Assembly: GCA_963704755.1 (NCBI GenBank)
Contig: OY969938.1
Span: 3,870,001 to 3,902,000, forward strand
From: an uncultured Chloroflexia bacterium
Lineage (GTDB): Bacteria > Chloroflexota > Anaerolineae > Anaerolineales > Anaerolineaceae
Direction of reading: 5' to 3'
DNA: 32,000 bases
Shown: piece after piece, positions 1-8,848 of the stretch
Numbering within the stretch: the first letter of the stretch is position 1
How the letters are laid out: every line of letters begins with the position of its first letter
The notes under the pieces: generated by a model
What the model was told of the DNA's origin: nothing
Database searches by the model: none
The model's input: the letters and a program-made list of their open reading frames with translations, nothing else
Translations under genes and position numbers: made by a program

Positions 1-619
1 AGCCATAAAGCAAGGCGTTGAAAACGCCTCGCTGCAGGCCCTCCACTTATGGAATGTTTTCTTGTGGGTCGTTGTTAATTCGGCAATTTATACCTTTCAA
101 TGATGAATGGCGTGTCTAACCCTTATCGAAAATTTAAACTAAAAACTGGAAAGCACATTACTCAGTAGCTTTCCCCCCTTCGGGCTTCAATATTTGAGGA
201 CCATTTATTCGAACATTCGGAGATAGGGACTGGTGAGCATCTTCGTTTATTTCAAAGCACACTCCACCTATTTTTCTGCTTACCAGGTTAATAAGGAGTA
301 CTTACACCTGGCGACCTCAAACCGATGAGCAATTCAGTGGAGCGTGTATTTAGCCATAGTATAGCCCCCATATCCCAGGCTCTAAATCACACACTGTGGG
401 TGATCGGCATGTGATTTTAATGTGATGGGGAGGCAAATCATAGAATATGCATAGGAAAATCAATATTCTATTTGTCTCCCCTGAGTTCTAATGATAAGAT
501 AGGTGCGTACCTTCTCTGTTTAGAAAACCCCCAGCTCTCTTGATAAGTAGTCACGGCTCTAGTGTAATTGGTCTATCAATTCACGATCTATTGGAATTTT
601 AATGGCCTGATCCTCCTCA

Positions 620-3433
620 ATGAAAACAACAAGTGAAAATCCATTTATTCCTGAAGTTACGATCCAACCTTACCCGGCCACCAAACTACAGGTTCCGAAA
701 TTAACCACTCCTAATGTGCAGCGGCCTCGCCTCCTCCAGGCCCTGAACAACGGAAGTAACAAGAAGGTTACACAAATCATAGCCCCTACAGGATATGGAA
801 AAACGACCTTATTATCCAAGTGGCTATTAACAGTGCGATCGCTCAATTTTCTTTTCGCATGGATTACGCTCGATTCAAGCGATAACGATTTGCTTTCTTT
901 CTGGATGTTATTGTTGAGCGGGATACGAAAAGCTTATCCGAACTTCGGAGTAAATGCCAAACAGATCCACAACGACCCAATCGATCTGGAAGAATATACT
1001 GTCCTTAATCCGTTCATCAATGAAATTGCACAGATCCCGTCGCAGGTGTATTTAATCCTGGATGATGTTCAGGAAATTACCGATAATCATATTTTTCAAA
1101 GTCTCTATTACCTGATCACTCATCAGCCTGCGAATATGCACCTTATTCTCTCCAGTCGTGAGAACCTGCAAATCCCATTGGCGCGGTTGCGTGTACAGGG
1201 ACAATTGGTGGAAATTAATTCCAGAGACCTGGCATTTACACAAGGCGAGGCTCGGGCGTTCCTTATTGAATGTATGAAGCTAAAGATCGAGCCCGAGCAA
1301 CTTCAGCAAATTATCGACACAACTGGTGGATGGATAGCCGGGCTGAAATTAGTTGCTTTTGCCATTAAGCAGCAAAACGATGCCCATTTTTTGGACAACC
1401 ATTTGGATTTAGGGAAGCAATGGATTCTGGAATATCTCACCGAGGAAGTTATCAATCGGCAAAGCGAGGATATTCGGAATTTCCTCTTGAAGACTTCGAT
1501 TTTATCCGATTTGTCTGCTCCTCTATGTGACGCCGTTCTCCAGCGGTCCGACAGCCAGGTTATTCTCCAGCAGATCGAAAAAGCCAATTTATTTATTGAT
1601 AATTTAGACGTAGAAAAGCATTGGTACCGTTACCAGGAATTATTTGCTCAACTGCTCAGAACTTTACTCGAGCGCACTCAACCCGAAATTGTTCCGGAAT
1701 TGCACCACCGGGCACATATCTGGCTAATCAGAAACGGTTATCCTGATAAGGCGATAACGCACGCCTTATCCCCGCAGGACCTTGAGAATACTGCCAAAAT
1801 GATGGATGAAAAAACCATCCAGGTCATCATCAAAAACGACCTGGTCGATTTTGTCCATTGGCTCGGTCGCTTTTCTAATAATCTCTTCGATAATTATCCC
1901 GATTTGTGTGTTCATTATGCCCTGGCAAATCTTGCTTCTGGGCGGTTCGCTGTGGCGGAAAAGGCTTTACAAAAGGCCGAAGACGTCCTCAACAACTTCG
2001 CCGAACTAAAAAAATCAAAGGAGGATGAAAAAAAATTCAAATGGGAAATCGCTACCCTCCGATCCGTATTAAATCTTCACCAGGGCAACCTGGTTGCCGG
2101 AATTGCTCAATTTAACCAAGCATTACAGGCCGCGCCTGAAAGTGTTACTTTTTTCTACGGTTTTTTGAACCAGGAACTGGCGCAAGCCTACGAGGCGCTT
2201 GATGATTACAACCTGGCAATCGATAAACTGGAAAATGCCTGCCAATTCGCGTTACGCTATGATTTCAAGAGAGGATTCGTCAACTCTTTATTTCGATTAG
2301 CGCGTATTCATAAGTTGCAGGGGCAATTAACAAAAGCAGAGAAAGAATACCGCCAGGTCATTGAATATGCGTTTCAAGCTGGTCTTGATCACCGTAGCGC
2401 ATCAATGGCTTTTTTCGGATTAGCTGACATTGCGGTTGAACGAAATGAGCTGGAAACGGCTTCCCACCTGATTCAACCGATATTGGATGAGTATCATTCC
2501 GTTGAATCTATCACTTCATCAGTCAGTGATCTGGTTTTCCTTTCATCGTGCTTGTCCCGATTTTATCTGGCAAATCATGGTCTCGATAACGCTCTCCTCA
2601 ATTTTCGTATAGCGCAACGTGGTATCGACGAAAACCGCGGGTTGTTCATTTCTTTCCCATTCGAATACACCGGCCTTCAGATACATCTTTGGGTAAATCA
2701 GGCGGAAGCGGGGTCCGGAGATTGTATTTTCGAAGAAAATCTATCTTTTCTAAACGATCGCCAGGAGCTTAACCTAGCCGAGCAAGTCGCTTTGGCCAGA
2801 TATTTAATGGCCCAGAATAAAATTTCGGAGGCCCTGAGTATTCTCGACCAGATCGAGAAAACCCTCTATATAATTGGGAAAGGAGAGTTGCTGATTAAGA
2901 CTTTGCTCTTAGGAGCGATTTGTTCTCGAAAAATAGGCGAGAACAGCCTGGCTCTCCAGATGCTTAAGCGGGCAATCTTAATGGCAGAACCAGAAGGATA
3001 TGTACGGATCTTTACGGATGAAGGCTGTCCAATATATGAATTGCTTCTAGGATTTGCACAACAGCCTGGCCAAAATGAGACGGAAGAGGACTTTCGGATT
3101 CGGGTCTATGCCCAAAAACTGACCGGTGTGTTGGAACAATCCCACAGCCACATGAACCAAGGAGACTGCAAACCGGACAAGGATATCTTAGGGCTTTTTC
3201 AATCCTCCGCAGGTTTGAGCATGAGAGAAAAAGAGGTCCTGGAACAATTGAAATTTGGGAGGTCGACCAAGGAAATTGCGTCGGTGTTGAAGGTGTCAAC
3301 CAATACAGTCAGGACCCATCTAAAAAAAATATATAGGAAATTAGGCGAGCATAACAAGGAAGCCGTGATCCTGCGTGCTGTTGAATGGGGAATTATCGAT
3401 GAGTCAAGGGAATATTGTGTGCGAGCTGGGTAA
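620..3433 (+). CDS. MalT/LuxR-family STAND-type transcriptional regulator (P-loop NTPase, helical/TPR-like repeats, C-terminal LuxR/FixJ HTH)
   Basis: 937-aa ORF. Walker A 'APTGYGKTTLL' near the N-terminus and Walker B-like 'VYLILDDVQ'. Long helical middle region. C-terminal 'LSMREKEVLEQLKFGRSTKEIASVLKVSTNTVRTHLKKIYRKLG' is a canonical LuxR-type HTH. Spot counts give about 37-42% GC, lower than the core genes. Confidence 0.85.
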   Translation: MKTTSENPFIPEVTIQPYPATKLQVPKLTTPNVQRPRLLQALNNGSNKKVTQIIAPTGYGKTTLLSKWLLTVRSLNFLFAWITLDSSDNDLLSFWMLLLSGIRKAYPNFGVNAKQIHNDPIDLEEYTVLNPFINEIAQIPSQVYLILDDVQEITDNHIFQSLYYLITHQPANMHLILSSRENLQIPLARLRVQGQLVEINSRDLAFTQGEARAFLIECMKLKIEPEQLQQIIDTTGGWIAGLKLVAFAIKQQNDAHFLDNHLDLGKQWILEYLTEEVINRQSEDIRNFLLKTSILSDLSAPLCDAVLQRSDSQVILQQIEKANLFIDNLDVEKHWYRYQELFAQLLRTLLERTQPEIVPELHHRAHIWLIRNGYPDKAITHALSPQDLENTAKMMDEKTIQVIIKNDLVDFVHWLGRFSNNLFDNYPDLCVHYALANLASGRFAVAEKALQKAEDVLNNFAELKKSKEDEKKFKWEIATLRSVLNLHQGNLVAGIAQFNQALQAAPESVTFFYGFLNQELAQAYEALDDYNLAIDKLENACQFALRYDFKRGFVNSLFRLARIHKLQGQLTKAEKEYRQVIEYAFQAGLDHRSASMAFFGLADIAVERNELETASHLIQPILDEYHSVESITSSVSDLVFLSSCLSRFYLANHGLDNALLNFRIAQRGIDENRGLFISFPFEYTGLQIHLWVNQAEAGSGDCIFEENLSFLNDRQELNLAEQVALARYLMAQNKISEALSILDQIEKTLYIIGKGELLIKTLLLGAICSRKIGENSLALQMLKRAILMAEPEGYVRIFTDEGCPIYELLLGFAQQPGQNETEEDFRIRVYAQKLTGVLEQSHSHMNQGDCKPDKDILGLFQSSAGLSMREKEVLEQLKFGRSTKEIASVLKVSTNTVRTHLKKIYRKLGEHNKEAVILRAVEWGIIDESREYCVRAG

Positions 3434-4147
3434 GCTCGGTGGCCAGCGAGACCAGGTTGCCGGCCAGGTTCCGCACAGCTTCTGGCCCGTCGCTGTAATG
3501 TAACATGTAGATCTTTTCCTGCAGAGACACCGGGTCCATGCTGTTGAACTGGAACCCGATGTACATTGGGAAAAATGACACCGAGATTACCCTGTAGCTA
3601 TAGATGAAAAATAGGGCAAGCTACATTTCGCGGCTGTGGCTGGTGCGCCCGGCAGTTAACTCTCGGATTAGCCGGAAGCAGACCCAGCCAGATGTAGCGA
3701 CGAGTATGAAAATTTTATTGCCGAATTAGAACATTAGCGATTTTTAGTTCTTGTGGAGGACTATGGCTAGAGCCCGAGAAGAGCGTGTTTTCCAACACCC
3801 TCTGCCAAGAATTTTATCTCCAAATTAGTCCTGTGTCAGTCGAGAAAAAGCCTTGATCATGAGACCAGGTCGAAGGATTGCACGATTTCCCAGCCTTCCA
3901 TCGCAAGCGATTGCTCGCTAAATTCGTCATCCCTTGGCTAATCGGCCCGAAAGTTTTCAAGACCCTGTATATCTAAAGCGTTCGGCGAAATACAGAAGAG
4001 CTGACCGTAATGAGCGTTTCGGCGATATCTTGCAAGAGCCGGGTTACCCGCTGACTTAAATCGCGTATTGCCGGCAACCGAAAATGGAGGTGCGATCACC
4101 TGAACCACCGAGCATAGCGCAGCCCGGGACTATTGGAGACGTATAGT

Positions 4148-4759
4148 TTAGCGGATGACCTGGAAGGTAATGTGGGCCACGTGGGAGGTCGCGGTTGCGT
4201 CCACGATCTGCATGTCTACAGGCGCGATTCCCAGTTGGTCGAACAAGCGGATGCCATCGAAGAGCAGCACGGGGATCAGGTCGATGTGGATCTCGTCCAT
4301 CAAGCCGAGTTTCAGGCACTGTTTCACCACGCTGGGCGCACCGATCACCACGTCTTTGTCGCCTGCAATTTGCCTGGCTTTGGCGATCGCGGATTCAACG
4401 CCATCGGTCACAAAGGTAAAAACCAATTCTTTCCCGGCCCACTCTTGGGGAACCGTGTGGGTCACAACCACAATGGGTACGTCCATGGGGTGCCGGCCGC
4501 CCCAGGCATTGGCGATATCGAAAGTTCTGCGGGCGGTGACCAGCACTCCGGCTTGCCGGCCGGCTTCCTGGACAAGTTCGGCGCCTTCGCGGGACATTTT
4601 CATCATGCCGTCACCCATCGGCACTTCGCCTTCCAGGTCTGTGGAGTACCATTTGAAAAGCCTGTCGCCGCCAACGCCTAAGGGTATTTCCGGGCTGTCT
4701 TTTGGGCCGGCGACAAACCCATCCAGGGACATTGAAAATCCAGTCGTAATTTTTCCCAT
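4148..4759 (-). CDS. Dihydrofolate reductase-family protein (RibD C-terminal domain-like)
   Basis: 203-aa ORF beginning 'MGKITTGFSMSLDGFVAGP...', typical of the RibD_C/DHFR-like family. AGAGGAAA Shine-Dalgarno upstream of the ATG. GC-rich, with many spurious overlapping ORFs in other frames. Confidence 0.75.
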   Translation of the reverse strand: MGKITTGFSMSLDGFVAGPKDSPEIPLGVGGDRLFKWYSTDLEGEVPMGDGMMKMSREGAELVQEAGRQAGVLVTARRTFDIANAWGGRHPMDVPIVVVTHTVPQEWAGKELVFTFVTDGVESAIAKARQIAGDKDVVIGAPSVVKQCLKLGLMDEIHIDLIPVLLFDGIRLFDQLGIAPVDMQIVDATATSHVAHITFQVIR

Positions 4760-4858
4760 CGAATTTCCTCTTATATGTTTTTGGGTTGCAATGCGGTTTA
4801 GGTTCGTCGGTGCAAAATTGTGGAGGCGATGATAATATTTGTTTTGTTTTTATCCGGC

Positions 4859-5656
4859 TCAAGTCGTAAAGAACTCGATCAATACCGGGGCGAGCACTTC
4901 GGGGTTCACATCGTGCGTCTGGCCGGGCAAGGTGCGCTGCCGGCAGTTCGGCAAGGCCTTCGACAAAGTCGCAGCCGTCGCGTGCATAAAAGGCATCAGG
5001 GTCAGGTTTTCGCCCCCGTCCATGACCAGAGTGGGTACGCTGATCTGCGAGAGCCGTTCCACCGGCGCTCCGCGGGTAGCGCCCATTACCGCGGCATCGT
5101 AGGCCAGGGTCGGCGCGATGGCTTCGAGCATGGGCCACATGGGCGCCTGGCGCATGCCGGCAATCCCTTCTTCCGGTATGCCGACGAGCTTCATGAACAG
5201 CGCTACGGCATCCCCACGGCGGCCTGCGGCGAGCAATTCTGCCAGACCTTTGCGGTAGTCCTGCCACTGCTGCTCGGCTGCCGGGCCGGCGTCGTAAGGC
5301 GGTTCGTACAGTGCCAGCCGGCTGATTTTTGAGCCTAAACTCACGGCGGCTTCCAAAGCCAGGCAGGCGCCGGACGAGATTCCGTACACGAAAGCCGAAC
5401 CACCGGCTGCTTCGATGAGCGCAGCGATATCTTCCACTTCACGTTCGACTGCAAATGGCTGGGAATCACCACTCTCCCCCCGTCCGCGGCGGTCGTAGCT
5501 AAAAACGGTCATGTGCGGTGCGAGCAGTTCAGAAAGGCGCGCCATGGAACCGGAGGATTGGTAATTCAAGGCGCCATCGACCAGAATCACTGCCGGCCCG
5601 CTGCCCTGCCGGTCATAGGCGATACGGGTGCCATCCCTGGAGGTGACTGTTTGCAT
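4859..5656 (-). CDS. Alpha/beta-fold hydrolase
   Basis: The ORF-track frame is 4859..5722. I place the start at the internal ATG at 5656 ('MQTVTSRDGTRIAYDRQGSGPAVILVDG...') because GGAGAAATC precedes it. Nucleophile-elbow-like 'GISSGA' motif. Confidence 0.8.
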   Translation of the reverse strand: MQTVTSRDGTRIAYDRQGSGPAVILVDGALNYQSSGSMARLSELLAPHMTVFSYDRRGRGESGDSQPFAVEREVEDIAALIEAAGGSAFVYGISSGACLALEAAVSLGSKISRLALYEPPYDAGPAAEQQWQDYRKGLAELLAAGRRGDAVALFMKLVGIPEEGIAGMRQAPMWPMLEAIAPTLAYDAAVMGATRGAPVERLSQISVPTLVMDGGENLTLMPFMHATAATLSKALPNCRQRTLPGQTHDVNPEVLAPVLIEFFTT

Positions 5657-5859
5657 GATTTCTCCTTTTTTACACACCGATAACGGACCGGCCGATGAGG
5701 GATATGGCCGGCCGAATTTCAATATGCAGGCTGCTCGATCGCAAGTAAATTTAGTGTACTAATATTGTCGCAATTGTCAAGAACGAATTTTCTATTCTTT
5801 GTCCGCAAGCCGGTATTGCCAATCCGCTGGCGGTTTTGGTAGCGAAGAAACTCGGTCTT

Positions 5860-6411
5860 TTACTTTAAAGGATCCCCTAATTCTTTAAAATAGGGGGGAA
5901 TGTGGTCGCTAAAGATACGAACCGCCATTTCCACTGGCACAACCATTCCATCTCGCCCCCATTTTGTTGTAAGAGAAGCCAAAGCTTTAATCGTATAGTC
6001 TAACTCTACAAGTTCATTATGGGTCCATCTGTGGTTTTTTTGAAGCCTGATATTATTTTCAATGGCGGTAAGAGCGCCGCGGTAACCGTATTCCAGTATG
6101 GAATTATTATCATTTTCCCAGTAGATTTTTGTAAATAATGGTTTATGCTGGAGCAGATTCTGAAACATGGAACGATGCCCCTCGTCCCAATTGAGGCTGT
6201 ACCCAATGGTATACAGGGATGATTCCATCATATTATCCCAAATCCACTGAGGTATTGAAAAGATATCGTTAAAATGTGTATAAAAAGTAGAACGAGGCAC
6301 ATCGGCAATTCGGCACAAATCCATCACTTTAATTTCCGAAAGCTTTTTGGCCTGAACCTGTTGTTCCAGGGCGGTGATTATTTTTAATCTGGCTTCCTGT
6401 TGTTTTGCCAC
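5860..6411 (-). CDS. TetR/AcrR-family transcriptional regulator
   Basis: 183 aa with a GTG start. N-terminal HTH 'IKVMDLCRIADVPRSTFYTHFNDI'. Divergent from the flavoprotein gene across a 415-bp AT-rich spacer. Confidence 0.8.
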   Translation of the reverse strand: MAKQQEARLKIITALEQQVQAKKLSEIKVMDLCRIADVPRSTFYTHFNDIFSIPQWIWDNMMESSLYTIGYSLNWDEGHRSMFQNLLQHKPLFTKIYWENDNNSILEYGYRGALTAIENNIRLQKNHRWTHNELVELDYTIKALASLTTKWGRDGMVVPVEMAVRIFSDHIPPYFKELGDPLK

Positions 6412-6560
6412 AGAATATTTTCTCGCTATAATTCAATCTTTCGTTTCTACATCGATATAGCCCCACAAATTCCAATGAAATCCGTAAACCATCCTTTGGA
6501 CAAATTCTCCTAAATGTCTAAAAAACGCCGTGCAATTGGACACTTTTCAAAATCTGTACT

Positions 6561-6588
6561 TTGACTTTGTGATTAATTTCATTAATAT
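6561..6588 (+). promoter_or_regulatory. Candidate sigma70-type promoter (TTGACT, 16 nt, TAATAT) for the reductase operon
   Basis: TTGACT at 6561-6566 and TAATAT at 6583-6588. Overlaps three ATTAAT hexamers at 6572, 6581 and 6592 (spaced 9 and 11 nt). Would give a leader of about 235 nt. Sequence-pattern call only. Confidence 0.3.
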
Positions 6589-6826
6589 AACATTAATCCC
6601 TTGTTATTATAGATAATTCCAGAATTTTGTCAAAATCTAGAGAGCGCCAGATTTTACGTCAGGGGATATGAATACTGGTGACGGTATTACCGGGTTTCAA
6701 TCATCGCAAATGAAAAGCGATCGATTTATGACACCTTAATTAAACGCGCGTTGAGTCCAGCACGAAAAGAAATTTCTGCAAAAAAACTCGGAATACCCGA
6801 GTAAATTAAAAAAGGAGAATGGATTG

Positions 6827-8632
6827 ATGAGTAGAAAGCTTTCACGTAGAGACTTCTTGAAGAATGCTGCTGTTGGTTCGGCGAGCATTGGTATTTTGAG
6901 CGTAGCAGGTTGCGCACCCAAAGTTGTTAGTGAAGAAGCAAGCACGCCTGCCGGGGCGACTTCTTCTTCGAATATTTCGGATGTTTTTACAGATGCCGAA
7001 TTTAAAGATTCGACGGTAGAAGTAACCCCGATCACTAAGTTTGCCGGTGAAGTTACCGCTGACATCGTGGTTGTGGGTGCAGGGGCCGCAGGTGTTCCTG
7101 CAGCCATTACTGCTGCCGAAGAAGGTAGCTCCGTGGTCGTTTTGCAAAAGCAGAATGCCGTTGTTTCACAAGGCAATTGCGGATCAGGTCTTATCCTCGA
7201 TGAGAGCGATAAAGAAGGTCTGCTGCGTTACGTACACCACACCAATAGCCTGTGCAACTGGCGTTCCGACACAGAATTGCTGAACGCATACGTGATGAAC
7301 TCTGGTGAGGCGGTCAATTGGCTTTATGAACGCGCTCGCCTGAACGGAACAAGCGCTGATAAACCAAATGACAAAGGTTTGTTCATTTACCTGGATACGA
7401 GCCAGGATTTTACCGGTGAATGGACTGACAAACGCTACGCCTCGTTCGACTATGGCACGGCGAAGACCCATATGTATGCACCCTGGATGGGACCTAAACC
7501 GAATAATGCCGGTACATTTCTAAGTTATGTGTTGGAAGAAGCCGTCGGTGAGTTCGCGGGCCGCCTGAAAGTTTACTACAATACACCCGGTGTTCAACTC
7601 ATTCAGGAAAATGGCAAGGTAGTTGGGGTAGTCGGCAAGCTTTCTGATGGGAGCTATGTCAAGTTCAACGCGAACAAAGCCGTTATTCTGGCAACCGGTG
7701 ATTACCAGAACAATTCCTCGATGGTAAAGCATTGGTGCCCAGATGTATCGGACTTCGACAAGAAGCAATTCCAAAAGACGGGCGATGGACACCTGATGGC
7801 TGTTGGTGCAGGCGCCGTGATCGAAGACCTGGGTCATACCAAGATGTGCCATGACTTCGACTCCGGCCTTATGTATGAGGAACCTTTCCTGTTCGTCAAT
7901 ATGAAAGGTGCGCGTTTCTGCAACGAGTTCATTGGGTTTGTGTATATGAATGACATCTTGATGCATCAGGAAGCGTACAAGGGCGGCAAGAATTACAACA
8001 ACCCCGATAACGGATCGAAGGGCTGGTATTGCCAGATTTACGACAGTGACTACATGAAACATGACTCCGTTGAAGGACTTGTTCCCCCGGAGGTTATGGA
8101 AAAGTACATGCCCGCAATCTCCGATAGCGATTATACGGCTTCGCATGGCGCCCCTCGTACTGGTGTTTTCCCCGACTTGATTGATACGTGGCGTGCCGAC
8201 ACTCTTGAGGAACTGTCCGATAAACTGGGGATTGAGGACAAAGATGCATTTTTAGCTTCCGTCAAACGCTACAATGAACTTTGCGAAAAAGGCGAGGATG
8301 ATGACTTTGGCAAAGATGCTAAATGGATGAATGCTATTAAAACAGCACCGTTTTATGGCATCCGGAAGCACGTGCGCGTTTCTGCTTTATGCTCCGGGGT
8401 GTACATCAATGCAAACGGCCAGACGCTTGACGCAAACAAGAATCCTATCGAAGGTCTGTACTGTGTTGGTAATCTAGGCGGTCAATTCTATGGCGGTGCG
8501 GATTATCCATTCCACGCGACCGGACTGTCGCTCGGCCGTTGCTATACTTTTGGGCGTTTGGCGGGAAAGCATGCGAACACACTCGCAGGCGGTACCGGGT
8601 CGATAAAGGAAACCGGTACCACATCTGCCTGA
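6827..8632 (+). CDS. Tat-exported, lipobox-bearing FAD-dependent oxidoreductase (fumarate reductase / KstD-like flavoprotein family)
   Basis: Perfect twin-arginine motif 'SRRDFLK', followed by a hydrophobic stretch and a 'VAGC' lipobox. Dinucleotide-binding 'DIVVVGAGAAGVPAA'. C-terminal 'GLYCVGNLGG' is typical of FAD_binding_2 reductases. AAAGGAG SD lies 9 nt before the ATG at 6827; the track start at 6824 is a TTG one codon upstream. Confidence 0.85.
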   Translation: MSRKLSRRDFLKNAAVGSASIGILSVAGCAPKVVSEEASTPAGATSSSNISDVFTDAEFKDSTVEVTPITKFAGEVTADIVVVGAGAAGVPAAITAAEEGSSVVVLQKQNAVVSQGNCGSGLILDESDKEGLLRYVHHTNSLCNWRSDTELLNAYVMNSGEAVNWLYERARLNGTSADKPNDKGLFIYLDTSQDFTGEWTDKRYASFDYGTAKTHMYAPWMGPKPNNAGTFLSYVLEEAVGEFAGRLKVYYNTPGVQLIQENGKVVGVVGKLSDGSYVKFNANKAVILATGDYQNNSSMVKHWCPDVSDFDKKQFQKTGDGHLMAVGAGAVIEDLGHTKMCHDFDSGLMYEEPFLFVNMKGARFCNEFIGFVYMNDILMHQEAYKGGKNYNNPDNGSKGWYCQIYDSDYMKHDSVEGLVPPEVMEKYMPAISDSDYTASHGAPRTGVFPDLIDTWRADTLEELSDKLGIEDKDAFLASVKRYNELCEKGEDDDFGKDAKWMNAIKTAPFYGIRKHVRVSALCSGVYINANGQTLDANKNPIEGLYCVGNLGGQFYGGADYPFHATGLSLGRCYTFGRLAGKHANTLAGGTGSIKETGTTSA

Positions 8633-8770
8633 TGATGGCTGATTCCTTCTGGAACAACCGGAAGGGAAAAGCAGCCGATTGAAAACCAAATTTGGTTAAT
8701 TGCCAAATTTGTAAGAAATTCGTTCAGTTTAACCGGAATTGGTTTACTGAGCGGTTCGTTTGGAAAATTT

Positions 8771-8815
8771 TACCATCCAGGGCACTTTCAAGCTTCTAAG
8801 GTGCCCTGGATGGTA
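8771..8815 (+). promoter_or_regulatory. Perfect 15-bp-stem hairpin in the reductase-cytochrome spacer
   Basis: TACCATCCAGGGCAC (8771-8785), 15-nt loop, GTGCCCTGGATGGTA (8801-8815). No mismatches and no trailing T-run. Confidence 0.5.
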
Positions 8816-8848
8816 GTTATCGACCAAATTTCGATCAGGATAATTCAC

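Noticed and set aside
207-214. ATTCGAAC, which matches the tRNA T-loop region, as a possible distal att copy marking the left end of the island.
   Set aside because: Only 8 nt match and the similarity does not extend. This is well within chance expectation.
620-3433. I considered whether the large STAND NTPase could be an Avs-like anti-phage sensor.
   Set aside because: The C-terminus is a canonical LuxR/FixJ DNA-binding HTH and the architecture matches MalT-type transcription activators. There is no nuclease or other effector domain.
4056-5332. Long overlapping ORFs in several frames (4133..4681+, 4155..4832+, 4195..4419+, 4611..5267-, 4820..5332+, 4839..5102+, 4056..4319-).
   Set aside because: These are typical stop-codon-poor alternative frames of GC-rich DNA. 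Their Arg/Pro/Gly/Ala-rich products have no recognisable motifs, while the 4148..4759(-) and 4859..5656(-) frames show clear family signatures.
5765-5775. The 11-mer TTGTCGCAATT is shared between the hydrolase upstream region (5765-5775) and the MFS upstream region (30255-30265), so I considered it as a common operator.
   Set aside because: In a 32-kb window, on the order of a hundred identical 11-mer pairs are expected by chance. It has no palindromic structure or further flanking similarity.
7520-8146. A 208-aa minus-strand ORF, and other antisense ORFs inside the flavoprotein gene (6736..7176-, 6842..7147-, 7184..7471-).
   Set aside because: They are antisense to a well-supported CDS and have no motifs or ribosome-binding sites.
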